DNA of 63,042 nt, counting the filler, from Stramenopiles sp. TOSAG23-2 (lineage: Eukaryota): assembly GCA_900128395.1 (NCBI GenBank). It is 54 parts of 54 records of this genome, joined end to end, with 100 filler letters (N's around TTAATTAATTAA, not from the genome) between each part and the next. Parts side by side here need not be neighbours in the genome. Positions count along the whole stretch, not along the records: positions 49,203 to 50,266 come from LT653850.1; positions 50,367 to 51,430 come from LT653851.1; positions 51,531 to 52,593 come from LT653852.1; positions 52,694 to 53,755 come from LT653853.1; positions 53,856 to 54,917 come from LT653854.1; positions 55,018 to 56,079 come from LT653855.1; positions 56,180 to 57,240 come from LT653856.1; positions 57,341 to 58,401 come from LT653857.1; 46 more parts are not named here. One strand, written 5' to 3'. The position numbers and the translations under genes are program-made. Shown piece after piece: positions 49,460 to 61,984 of this stretch (the first letter of the stretch is position 1; each line of letters starts with the position of its first letter). The notes beneath the pieces are model-generated. The model was not told where the DNA came from. It saw only the letters and a list, made by a program, of their open reading frames with translations, and searched no databases.

Positions 49460-50009
49460 CCTATCTGAATACGTGAATAAACGTATACTAATATGGGTAC
49501 TCTGAGTTTCGTTCCACTTTTTAAATATATTTCTCCTAACATAATTCACTTATATTCGTATACTAATATGGATACTCTGGGTGTTCAACTTAAAATATAT
49601 TTCCCCTATCATATCTCACTAATATTAGTATACTAATATGGGTACTCTGAGTTTCTTTCCACTTTTAAAAATTTAAAATATATTTTCCCTATCACATCTC
49701 ACTATTATTGGTATACTTTATTGTACTCGAATTTCAAAAAAAAAGATTTCCCCTATCACAATACACGCATATTGGTATACTAATATGTATACTTGAGTTT
49801 CCAAAACGATTTCCCTATCGCAATACATTAATATTGGTATACTTAAAATGTACTTGATAAAATCAAAATGAAAATATTTCAATATTTCCCCTATCGTAGC
49901 TCACTAATATCAGTATACTGATAACGTACTTGATCGTAGTTTTTTTTTTTAAAGTTCGAATATTCCCTCCCTATCACAATACCCCTTCTTTTAATATACT
50001 ACTAAGTAC
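49460..50009. repeat. Degenerate array of ~8 units (60-85 bp) with core TTTCCCCTATC-N9-11-ATATT(A/G)GTATACTAATAT-GTAC
   Basis: CCTATC and GTATACT recur with conserved spacing; the linkers are variable and AT-rich. Confidence 0.85.
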
Positions 50010-50366
50010 AAATTCTATTAGGAAGAACGCAGATCAAAATTATTTGAATTTTTCAGTTGTTTTATTTAATATGGACACAGCACTGCACTCGTGGGAACAC
50101 ACCATTAACCTTGATCCATGCAGGTATTCTATGGCGTGTCAATGAAATAGATAGAATCGTAGATAATATATATGTATATATATGTATATATTGTATTGTA
50201 TTTGTGTGGAAGTGTGGAAGTCTTGAATGAGGATTGAATATATATATACATAGTTCTTAGACGACTNNNNNNNNNNNNNNNNNNNNNNNNNNNNNNNNNN
50301 NNNNNNNNNNTTAATTAATTAANNNNNNNNNNNNNNNNNNNNNNNNNNNNNNNNNNNNNNNNNNNN

Positions 50367-51321
50367 TCTTGCGATTATATTAACAATACATGAAATGGTA
50401 TGTATTGGTATTTCTTTTTTTTATTTATTTTGTTTTTATATACAAAATACACACATATATTAATAATACTGCTGGAATGCTGGAATACACAAAATACACA
50501 CTTTCTTTCTTCTTTCTCCCTGCTGCGCTGCTGCGCAGCACTTCTTTTGCACTATACCACCTTCTTCTCCCACATCCCACATCAGCTGAGATTTCAAGCT
50601 TCCTCACTTCAGGAAGTGTGTATACCAGGTATACTCCTCGTATACATACTACAGTATTTATAATAGTGGTTTTGTGGACACTAATTGCATAGACATAGCA
50701 TTGGTTTCAACAATATGAACAGAAGATCCTTAATACACGCTCGATTTGGGCTTGATATACTCAAATCCCAAACAACAACCTTCACACATTTTCCCATACT
50801 TTATTTTTAAGGAAATACTTAAAAAAACAACTTAATCATATGTGATATCGATAAATAGTGCAATAATTATAATAAAGGTGCATTTGAGTTAACTTTTTTG
50901 ACTACAAAATTGGTAGAGAGAGGGTTCGTAATGATATTACAATGGTAGATGTGGTATGCCTCTCCTCGTAAATAACCAAAATAGTGGTAGCTACGAGAGC
51001 TATACTTGAATTTTTTTATGTCATTCCTGGCGGCATTCATAATTAGAATATTTAGAATAGCACAATACATTTTAATACTACCAGGAAATACACTAAATTA
51101 TACACAGCTGGACAGGTGCACACTACTGGTGGTATGATGGCCAGGAGAATATATTTATATTTCATACTCTATAAATTTAGCTCTACACTTATACATCACG
51201 ATCTTACAGCACTAATGCATATATACGTATACCTGTTATATATTGTATATAAAAACAAAATAAATAAAAAAAAGAAATACCAATACATACCATTTCATGT
51301 ATTGTTAATATAATCGCAAGA
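50367..51321. mobile_element. 955-bp segment bounded by a perfect 79-bp inverted repeat (MITE/foldback or strand-switch artefact)
   Basis: 50367-50445 is the exact reverse complement of 51243-51321. Confidence 0.6.
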
Positions 51322-51532
51322 TAGTCATACATAATCTATACAAAAACATGTGGCGTTTTTTTTTAAAAAAACAAAGTAAATTAATAAATAATGTATTAAT
51401 ATTGAAAAATAATAATAATAATAATAATAANNNNNNNNNNNNNNNNNNNNNNNNNNNNNNNNNNNNNNNNNNNNTTAATTAATTAANNNNNNNNNNNNNN
51501 NNNNNNNNNNNNNNNNNNNNNNNNNNNNNNAC

Positions 51533-52593
51533 GTAAGGCACTATGAATGGAATATTGAAGACAGTGGAATGGATTATACTGCAGGTGATGCATTAGGTGT
51601 TTTCTCGACAAACGGAAAAGACAGAGTCAACCAATTTTTAGATTGGTATGGATTGAAAATGGACGACGTAATTACTGTAACTCCAACCAATGAAGATGAA
51701 GCGATCCTTCCAGTAGAAAAATCGATGACAGCAGGCCAATTGTTTACACAATATTTGGATATCTTTGGTAGACCAAAACGATCTTTCTACGAGATGCTTA
51801 TGATCTTAGCTACGGATGAAGAAGAAAAAGCTGTTTTGAAAAATTTGATCTCAAAGGAAGGAAAAGACGAATTGAGAGAACTGATCGATGACACGGTTAC
51901 ATATGCAGATTTGATGAAGATGTTTCCATCTGCACAAGTTCCATTGGATTATTTACTTGAATTTGTACCATCAATTAAACCACGTTTATACTCAATTGCT
52001 AGTGATGCAATGATGCATCCAAATCATATTGAGTTATGCGTTGTTGAGGAAGATTGGACTAAAAATTCAACTGGAGAAATGCGAAGAGGCCAAAGCACTT
52101 GGTTTTTGCGTAATTCACACGTTGGTTTGGATTGGGGTGATGTTCAACAAATTCGTGATGAACCAGAAGAACCATTTGGTGAAGTAGGTAAAGAAAATGG
52201 TCCAATGATTCCTTGCCGCGTAAATCCTGCAGTTGTGCACTTGCCAGAAGATCCAAAAACCGGTTTAGCACCATTCAGAAGTTTCATTCAGCAACGAGTA
52301 AAACAAAGAGAAGAAGGCATTGAAGTTGGCGATATGTTGTTATATTTCGGTGCAAGGTACGAAGCAACAGAATTTTTATATGGTGATGAAATCTACGCTT
52401 ATGAAAAAGACGGCATTTTAACCGACTTGAAATGTGCATTCAGTCGTGACCAAGAAGAAAAAATTTACGCTCAGCATAGAATTGCAGAAGATAAACAGTT
52501 ACTGTATGATTACATGGTGAAGAATGATGGATCATTTTACTTATGTGGACCTGCTGGAAATATGCCAGTGCAAATGAAAGCTGCTGGTGTGGA
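51533..52593 (+). CDS. Diflavin reductase FAD/NADP-binding module, sulfite reductase Met10-like or PNO C-terminal type
   Basis: YTAGDALGV, LDIFGRP, IKPRLYSIAS, RRGQST, TGLAPFRSF, LYFGAR, AFSRDQ..KIY.QH, FYLCGP. Confidence 0.85.
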
Positions 52594-53283
52594 NNNNNNN
52601 NNNNNNNNNNNNNNNNNNNNNNNNNNNNNNNNNNNNNTTAATTAATTAANNNNNNNNNNNNNNNNNNNNNNNNNNNNNNNNNNNNNNNNNNNNATCTATA
52701 TGAATGATTTCTATATGTTTTTTTGCATACAAAATATCTGAGTAGCTATATCCTGGCTAGCTGTAAATGTTTATTAAATATATCGATGCATTTATTATTT
52801 ATCGGATGCATTTATTTATTATTATTATTTGTTGTTTGTGTAAAAATTATTCGTACTGTAGTGTGCTAGTGCACTACTACTATTAGTATAAAAAATTATT
52901 CTCCTTATAACTTCAATTCTTCTGTTTAAGGATTTTTCGTCGACGACTTAGACTACCTTAACCTGAGGTAAATCGACGAGGACCTCCAGAAAAAAAAAAC
53001 ACATTACCAGGTATAATAGCTTGTAACATGTGCACCGGCCATATAATAGTTACTGTAATAGATTGTATTTAATGTGTAGATTACCTGATCTACACAAAAC
53101 CGGATCAATACGTTATATATATTAGATATCTGTGTATACAAGAACATATAGAACGAAAAAAAGAGAGAGAGAGAGAGAGAAAGTATATTTACATATTTTA
53201 AACTGTTTTTTTTTTTAAACGAACAAAAGAAGAAACATTGTTGTATATCAAAAAAAAAAATCAAAACATATTCTTATAAAATC

Positions 53284-53712
53284 ATGGATTTTGATGATGA
53301 TGAACTTGTTCCACCACCACCACCACCGACATCATTTAATGATGATAACAATCGCATTACATCTCCATCGATGTCCTCGCAAGCAAACTTTCCACAATTT
53401 GCACAAATGCACCCAAATCAATTTGTAGATATTCAGCAATCACGACAAGAACAACAGCGTACAAATGTCGCGTTACAAGATAATTTGAGAATGTTAGGTG
53501 TAAATGTTGATATTGAAAATAGAAAGAAAAAATCTTTACAACAACAACAGCAATTGTATCAAAATAATCAAAATAATAATTCGAATCGTCCACGTCGCAT
53601 TATGAGAGATGGCTTTAATTTGAATCATGTACCAATAATTAGACAACAAATGAATTATAATAATAACAACAACAATAACAATATCAATGACAATGGCAAT
53701 ATTTACGATTGA
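53284..53712 (+). CDS. Gln/Asn-rich low-complexity protein
   Basis: ATG-initiated 142-aa ORF. Confidence 0.45.
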   Translation: MDFDDDELVPPPPPPTSFNDDNNRITSPSMSSQANFPQFAQMHPNQFVDIQQSRQEQQRTNVALQDNLRMLGVNVDIENRKKKSLQQQQQLYQNNQNNNSNRPRRIMRDGFNLNHVPIIRQQMNYNNNNNNNNINDNGNIYD

Positions 53713-53855
53713 TACACAACAAATGTCTAACATGTTAAAATCTTGTACTAAAAAANNNNNNNNNNNNNNNNNNNNNNNNNNNNNNNNNNNNNNNNNNNNT
53801 TAATTAATTAANNNNNNNNNNNNNNNNNNNNNNNNNNNNNNNNNNNNNNNNNNNN

Positions 53856-54469
53856 TTTTGCCATAAACGTGAGTTTTTGATAGATAAATCGTTATGTTTT
53901 TCTTTTTGTGTAGTAAAATCTGTTTTAATTTTATCAAATAAATCATTTACGCCATAACATTTACTTTGTTCGGAATTAGTTACTTCACCGGGTTTACATG
54001 GTGTACATATTGGATTGATACCACCGGCACTATATGTATTGATTGGGCATTTGGTACATTCAATTGTTTTGCATATACATTTATATTTCTTACTACAATT
54101 ATATATTGATTTGTCGTGGTTATTCCACCTATAATTATTAGCACCACTATGATGAAAACATCCAGCTGGTATATTCGCCAAACCCTGTCCTCGGCCTCGT
54201 CCTAAAAATCCTAAATTTTGATCAATATTATTCTTCCTATTATAATCAGCTGCTATTTTACATTCTTGCCATGTTGTTATTTTATGTAGACCACGACATT
54301 GTGATGCAGGAACATTATTATAACGAAAATCTGTTGGTATCGTACCGTAACCAGCTTGACAAGTAAGATCCTTTTCACCACGAACAACAAATATCAGCAT
54401 ATACTGCAAGATTAGCAATAACATAACTATATTGATGACGTTCATTTTCATACATAAACATAAATTCAT
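53856..54469 (-). CDS. Secreted Cys-rich protein, 3'-truncated
   Basis: Signal peptide; ITTWQEC...PAGC...CS..YKCICK; CP.NTYS.GG...CTPC.PG. Confidence 0.7.
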
Positions 54470-54722
54470 TTTGTCAATTTGTAAATCAAATGTATAAATA
54501 CGCAGTGTCTTTAATTGTTTAATAATTTTTTTTGGTTAAATTGTTTTTTGTTATGATTACAATAATAATAATAATAATCAACTTTAGTTTCTTTTTATTT
54601 TTTTGTTTTTTGCTTTTGTATGTATTTACTTCTTTACTACTTTATTAATACTAGTGTCGTGAATCTCTTGGTATTCCGACCCCCCTTTTTTATATTGTCG
54701 CGTAATCCCGATATAATTTTTA

Positions 54723-54917
54723 CTGTGCCGGCCAGTCGTAAATTTTCGGTATAATTTTTAGTATACTTAAACACTATATTTACCTATCAAATACACAAAT
54801 TAATCGGTTTTCAATAAATTTCGAGTGTGAGTTTTGGATTAATTTGTGTGTTTGATAGTTATATATAGTGTTTAAGTATACTAAAAATTTGTACCGAAAA
54901 TTTACGACTGGCCGGCA
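54723..54917. mobile_element. Foldback MITE with ~80-bp arms and Tc1-like terminus
   Basis: TA|CTGTGCCGGCCAG... arm 54726-54805 pairs with 54837-54917 (few mismatches) around a 31-nt loop. Confidence 0.75.
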
Positions 54918-56625
54918 NNNNNNNNNNNNNNNNNNNNNNNNNNNNNNNNNNNNNNNNNNNNTTAATTAATTAANNNNNNNNNNNNNNNNNNNNNNNNNNN
55001 NNNNNNNNNNNNNNNNNTAAAAAAATTAATATTCTTCAGAATTTAGAGTTGTAAATAATTTAAGAGGGGTATTGATATGATACGAGCTTGTACATTAATA
55101 CAGAGATAACGACAAGTATTTAATGATTTTTTTACGAAAAATTGTGTAATATGATCTGGTTTAAAAGTGTTTTAATATACGAAGTATGTACTTTGTATAT
55201 ATATAATTAATTTACATAACGTTCGAACATGTTGGAAGGATAGAAACCTACTTGTGCTTGTAGAGTATTAGTTTGCAGAGGTGCATTAGAGCTTTACTAT
55301 AGTAGGATAACATATTATTCTTGCGATTGAGTATTGAGCAAACCATACGTATTAATTTACATTATTATAAAATAATTTTACTTCCTGTGGTAAATACTAT
55401 GCTGAAAGATACTCTAGATCTCAGAAATAATATAGTCAGCCCTATGCATACTCGTACAATATATATATATATATATATATATATGCATTACTGTAATATA
55501 GTAAAGCTCCTAATGCACCACGTCTGCACTCTACATTATATTCATTAATAATGATAAAATAAAATTATAATTTTAACCATCAGTAGTACGTACTCGTATG
55601 ATATGATATATCATATTCGTATATTATATATAATATAATTTGTGTTCCAGGTGTTCACAAGCTATCATCGATATATTTCAACGCGTACTTTTTATTACAT
55701 TAAAATTAAAATATCATACACACTCTGTCCAAATGTGCGACGAATATTTATTTTTATATAAAAATACGTATATACATACATCATAATATTATACATATAA
55801 AACTTAATAATATATATATTATATTCTTCGTATATATAATACGAATATATATTTTAACCATCACATATATCATATCATAATAAAAAAAATATATCATCAC
55901 ATCAAAATAAAAATTTCATATTGATGAGGTGTGTTTTTAAATGGAAAGTTAGCCAAATATTGACAGTATCGAAGAAGAATTATGATGTCCATAGGATACA
56001 TATATATTGTTCTTTTTCTATACATAAATTTTATTGTTTCGATTGTATATTATCATAATTTGATAAACAATTCATAAATNNNNNNNNNNNNNNNNNNNNN
56101 NNNNNNNNNNNNNNNNNNNNNNNTTAATTAATTAANNNNNNNNNNNNNNNNNNNNNNNNNNNNNNNNNNNNNNNNNNNNTTAAATTGGATTTAAATGTTT
56201 CAATTTTAAATTTTTGTTTTTTTTTATAACGTTAAATTAAATAATGGCATTATTACATATTAAAAGCATTATAATAATTTAAAACACTTAAGAAGCTATT
56301 TAAAAAAATGGCTTTTTTAAAATTAATTATTTATTATTGTATCTTATTATCCTATTTATAGTTATATTAAGAAATTTAATACAATTTTTAGAAAAAATAA
56401 GAACTTTAAAATTTTCAAGTGTTAAAAAGCAATAAAATTTTTAAAAGGTTGTAAAAACAGTGAGAACGTGCGAACGCACGAACGTCTCTAATGCACCATC
56501 ACCGCTACCACCGTTAGATATGTACGAACACAATATAATAATAATAATACAAAACATCAATAACAACAAATTATAATCTATTCTTAAAAAAGAAACAAAC
56601 ATTACCAACATATATATCTTCAAAT

Positions 56626-57240
56626 ATGGCATATACCCCCGAACATGATAAGCATTTAGCAAGAATATTGTCAAATAAAAGAAATAGGAATTCTTCCGGA
56701 AAAAAGAACAATAATAATGATAGTTTTGCACTTAATAAAAACGACAATTATGACACTAATGGTATTAATGTCTTAAGTAGCCTTAGTAGTACTATTGTTA
56801 CAAGCTCACCTCGCGATACTAGAACGACTAGTAATAGTGAGGGTAGACGTAACAATAATGTTCATATTGATCGTGTAGGCAAGCTGTTAAATTCTACATT
56901 AATAAAAGTGAGTCATAAACCTTCACGTCAAATGGAACTTATGAACAACAACATCAATGATAATAATAATAATAATAGTAATAATAACAAAAACAACAGT
57001 GGTGGTATTGATAATAATAATAATTTCTACAACACCAATACTAATAATCTTGATAATAGAATTCAAACATCGATACAATCAATGTCAAAAGAAAAAAGTA
57101 GTGGATTGGAAATTTTGAATAGGATAAGTTACTCAACACCACCATCATCAGTTCCCAATAGTTACAAAAATAGTGGGAGGACAAAATCACCGTCAAGAAA
57201 TTCAATGATTAAAACACAAAATGATATTTTTCAAGACTTT
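56626..57240 (+). CDS. Asn/Ser-rich protein N-terminus
   Basis: ATG-initiated and open to the contig edge. Confidence 0.55.
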
Positions 57241-57730
57241 NNNNNNNNNNNNNNNNNNNNNNNNNNNNNNNNNNNNNNNNNNNNTTAATTAATTAANNNN
57301 NNNNNNNNNNNNNNNNNNNNNNNNNNNNNNNNNNNNNNNNAAGTGTGTATAAAATTAGGAGTAAAAATATACATCGAATAATATTCCCAAGAACTGCAAG
57401 CAAAAACAAACAAAATAAACGTACAACAAATACGTTCACAAACATATTAAAAAAAAAAAGGCAAACAAATACACGTATTGCAAACAATATAACCATGAGT
57501 ATCCCAACTATCATATTGACCCCGTCAATACAAAAAAATCTATAACAAAATAATGATGATAATAATAATAATAATAACGAAATTTCATCCCCAAGCACCA
57601 ACATCAACAACTCCACCACCAACAACAACAATAATAATAATAACAATGTCATATTACCACCATCATCCATACAAGCACCAATAGTAGCAACACCAACAAT
57701 AACATCATCAGCATCATCAACAACAACAAC

Positions 57731-58401
57731 TACAATAATACTATTGATGTACAAAGTATTGGTGAAGGATTAAAAGCAAACAATACATTAACGAAATTTT
57801 ACCTAGAGAATAATAATATTACTGATGTACAAAGTATTGGTGATGGATTAAAAACAAACAATACATTAACGAAATTGTACCTAGATAATAATAATATTAC
57901 TGATGTACAAAGTATTGGTGATGGATTAAAAGCAAACAATACATTAAAGTACTTGTACCTACATCGTAATAATATTACTGATGTACAAAGTATTGGTGAA
58001 GCATTAAAAACAAACAATACATTAACGAAATTGTACCTACATCGTAATAATATTACTGATGTACAAAGTATTGGTGAAGGATTAAAAACTAACAATACAT
58101 TAACGAAATTGTACCTACATCGTAATAATATTACTGATGTACAAAGTATTGGTGAAGGATTAAAAACTAACAATACATTAACGAAATTGTACCTACATCG
58201 TAATAATATTACTGATGTACAAAGTATTGGTGAAGGATTAAAAACTAACAATACATTAACGAAATTGTACCTACATCGTAATAATATTACTGATGTACAA
58301 AGTATTGGTGAAGGATTAAAAACTAACAATACATTAACGAAATTGTACCTACATCGTAATAATATTACTGATGTACAAAGTATTGGTGAAGGATTAAAAA
58401 C
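57731..58401 (+). CDS. RI-like/NLRC3-type leucine-rich repeat region built from 78-bp (26-aa) tandem units
   Basis: (NNITDVQSIGEGLKTNNTLTKLYLxx) x ~8.5; the later units are identical at DNA level. Confidence 0.9.
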
Positions 58402-58790
58402 NNNNNNNNNNNNNNNNNNNNNNNNNNNNNNNNNNNNNNNNNNNNTTAATTAATTAANNNNNNNNNNNNNNNNNNNNNNNNNNNNNNNNNNNNNNNNNNN
58501 NAATTTTATTAGAAGTTCTTAAAAATTGGCTGAGATATTGATGTTGGCATGGGGGAAATCTTTGTCGATTTGAGCCATATAATTATATTTTACTTCGTAT
58601 TTTTTACTTCATTAAACTCAACAACCCTTCAACATTTGCATCGCACATTACAGCCTGTTCTAATAAATTTTCATATGTATGGCAATGGCTTTCGTATATC
58701 TTTTGAAACACACCTTCCTTACATAATTTATATTCTGGGTCATCATCTAATGTCAATTTCAACTCATTATTATTATTATCATTTGTATTA

Positions 58791-59562
58791 TTAGAAATAC
58801 CAAATGTTTTTTGTAAATTTGTCATTTCTACTTTTTGTATTTCCTTTTTCACTTTTTTTTTGAAGCATATCAATACAATCTACTATTCCTGTATTCATAA
58901 CTTCTATTAATTCTTTCAATGGTTTTAATAATTTTGCAGGCGCTACATTTCCTTGTATGTTATTATCGTTATTATTAGTACTACTGTTATTATTGTTTTT
59001 TTTCTTCTTCTTTTTTTTCTTTTTCTTCTGTTTCTTCAATGATTTCATATTTGATGAATTAGATATAATTCCATAAAATAAATATATAATCATCGAGAAA
59101 CCTTTTGTAAAAAAATGTGAAAGTGTTTTAATTATATTTGGATGCATATACATATCATCTATCATGTCAATAGTATTTTCATAACTCCATGTAGAAGAAA
59201 TGACTTTTTCAAAAAAAATCGACATATCATTTTTAATTGACAAAATAGATTCTATACAATTATTGCTAGTTTGATCATTTTCATTATTCATGGTATCTTC
59301 GTTTAAATTTAAGATTTCACGTACAAGCTCAAATACTTTCATTACTATTGCATTATGTGGAATTTCATTGTTTATGTCATTATTATTATTGACGACATTT
59401 TGAAATAATTTAAAATGGTCATCAAATCCATTTAAATCAAGATTAAATAATGCAAAAAACATTTTCAAATGTAAAAACAATACTTTCATATTTCTTGCAT
59501 TTTTATCTTTCATTTTACTTTTAAATTCAATGGAATCTTGTTGATAATTCAATGGTGTTAAA
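58791..59562 (-). CDS. Unknown Asn/Lys-rich protein fragment
   Basis: Long ORF. The overlapping downstream frame 58604-58873 suggests a frameshifted continuation. Confidence 0.5.
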
Positions 59563-59662
59563 NNNNNNNNNNNNNNNNNNNNNNNNNNNNNNNNNNNNNN
59601 NNNNNNTTAATTAATTAANNNNNNNNNNNNNNNNNNNNNNNNNNNNNNNNNNNNNNNNNNNN

Positions 59663-60335
59663 CACTTAATGTATTTAATTTATTTTGCAATTGATTTATT
59701 AATATTTTTGCATGTTTTCGTTTTAATGTTATATCTAGGTTACCATCATTGTTATTGTTATTGTTATTATTATTATCACTACTGATTAAATCAGCAGTAG
59801 CTCCATTAACTAAACGATCAAGATTAAGAAGCTGATTAACATCTGTTAAATCTCCATTTTCATCCATTATAATTTGACGAGCTTCAGCTATTAAGTCACT
59901 CATTTCACCACTTACTCCAACTCGTAATGCTTCTTGGGTAGCTGCAGATATTGCTTCCGGCGAAGCATCTGCCGCTACAGCTGCTGTAATTTGTTCGATA
60001 TGATCGATACCTTCAATTCCTGCATCTCGTATTGCTTTTCTTGTTGCTTCTGCTATTTCTTCCGGTGTTGCATCTGCGTTTATGGTTGCAGTTATGATTC
60101 TTGGGCGTTTTCTTCCACCATTATTATTATTACTATTGGAACTTCCTTGTGGTTTATCTTTCAATGCTGATAAAATTTTATCCAACGATGATCTTATTTG
60201 CGATTCATATTTATTTGAACTTTCTTTTCCACTAGAATATGGATTTTGAGTTATACCGAACATGTCATAATTTATAAGGGAACAAAATGGTCCGTCTAAA
60301 GAAGAACATTCTTCCCCTTCACCACCTCTTTGTTG

Positions 60336-60367
<32 letters not shown>

Positions 60368-60563
60368 GATCAATTTTCATGTCGGCATTATTTTCTTCCA
60401 TACTTTTTATTGCTTGTTCTAATGCTGACAAAATCACTGTATCTGATGTTGAAGCATCCATTGTAGCATGCACTATTATTGTAGAACATATTATTATTAT
60501 TATTATTATTATACATTTGTAGACCATATTATTATTATTATACATATTATTATTATTATACAT
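59663..60563 (-). CDS. Putative secreted Asn-rich protein with duplicated ADA(T/S)PE.I..AT..A.R.G motif, 3'-truncated
   Basis: Hydrophobic poly-Ile leader; internal repeat. Confidence 0.6.
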
Positions 60564-60823
60564 TTATTTATTATATATGTTTTATATATATATACATACA
60601 ACTCTTATACGCTATAAGCTAAATAAAATGTTGATATGTGTGCTCTGATATTTCTATTGTTTGTTGACACAAATGATTAACTCTCTATATATATTTTTGG
60701 TATTAAATTATTATATTTACATNNNNNNNNNNNNNNNNNNNNNNNNNNNNNNNNNNNNNNNNNNNNTTAATTAATTAANNNNNNNNNNNNNNNNNNNNNN
60801 NNNNNNNNNNNNNNNNNNNNNNG

Positions 60824-61882
60824 GTATGTTTCAATGGCATGGAACGACCTGACTTTCAAATTCCAACAACATTGAAAGGGACAAACGTTGGCTCCATTAC
60901 ACATGTGCGATCGCCAATACTTGAGACTTGGTACAAAGATCTTCGCGTTTTATATACGAAAAGCAAATGCATGCAAATATATCAAGATGCATATAATTGT
61001 GGGCAATACTGTGATGACAAGACTCGTGAACAGAGAGAAGCAGAGGGTGGAAAAAAACAAAACAAAGGGGATTGTCTTGACGATTGCCAATTAAGACTTG
61101 CAGCTGTTCAGTGGGCAAATGCTGCCAGGGGTAATGCTCAAGGCTTTCAAGCATGTTTACCAGACACTCCAGTATCACAGCTCTTTAGCAATATTACTAA
61201 TGTTCGCTCGCTTACAGATCAAGAAGTAAAAGATAAGTGTGATCCTAAAGTGCTTAAATTCTGCCCACAACTAGATGATGTGTTTAAAATCCAAGAAATA
61301 GCTGAGGAATGTCAAGAATTTGATGCTCGAGACATTGCAGCACATTTTAAATCCATCGACTTAGATACGGAAATTGACAATGCTGTCGCTAGCAAAGTAC
61401 AATCTGGTGTATATGGAAACTTGACTACCAGAGATTATACAGATAGAGGCGTAACAACTTTCTTCTCCCGATTTATAGGCAAAATGGTTGAGGCATTAGG
61501 TGACAGCGATCAACTAATGTTGGTAATGAACACGGGTATTAACAAAGGGAATGCGGTTTTTCTCCTATATGCCTTTACACCAGTTCGTATTTGCGATTTA
61601 ATGACGGGAACTTTTGCAAAGCCTACTGCTGAAACGGCGCAACTTAAAACAGCACGAATGCTTCGATATGATACAGCGTTAGCAGCGGGTCTAAATGTTA
61701 CAGCGGATAAATCACCTAAATTTTCAACCCTTTGCAAAGCGTACATGGAAATCGATGCTGTACGTGGATTATCAACTACTGAACAAGCTGATGCTACTAA
61801 ATTGAACGAATATTTAGTTGAAAAATGGAACGAAGACAAAGAGCATTTACCAACTAGCGCACAATTTAAAAAATGGAACTTA
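60824..61882 (+). CDS. Unknown protein, internal fragment
   Basis: Open across the contig; Cys cluster (CGQYC...CLDDC). Confidence 0.65.
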
Positions 61883-61984
61883 NNNNNNNNNNNNNNNNNN
61901 NNNNNNNNNNNNNNNNNNNNNNNNNNTTAATTAATTAANNNNNNNNNNNNNNNNNNNNNNNNNNNNNNNNNNNNNNNNNNNNAA

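Noticed and set aside
49460-50009. CRISPR array
   Set aside because: Repeats are degenerate, the spacers are related to each other and AT-rich, and the context is eukaryotic with no cas genes.
57799-58329. Antisense repetitive 176-aa ORF
   Set aside because: Shadow of the LRR tandem repeat on the + strand.
1077-61982. Regularly spaced TTAATTAATTAA 'repeat' with ~1.07-kb unique spacers
   Set aside because: Artificial scaffold linker flanked by N44 and joining length-sorted contigs. It is not a CRISPR-like or biological array.
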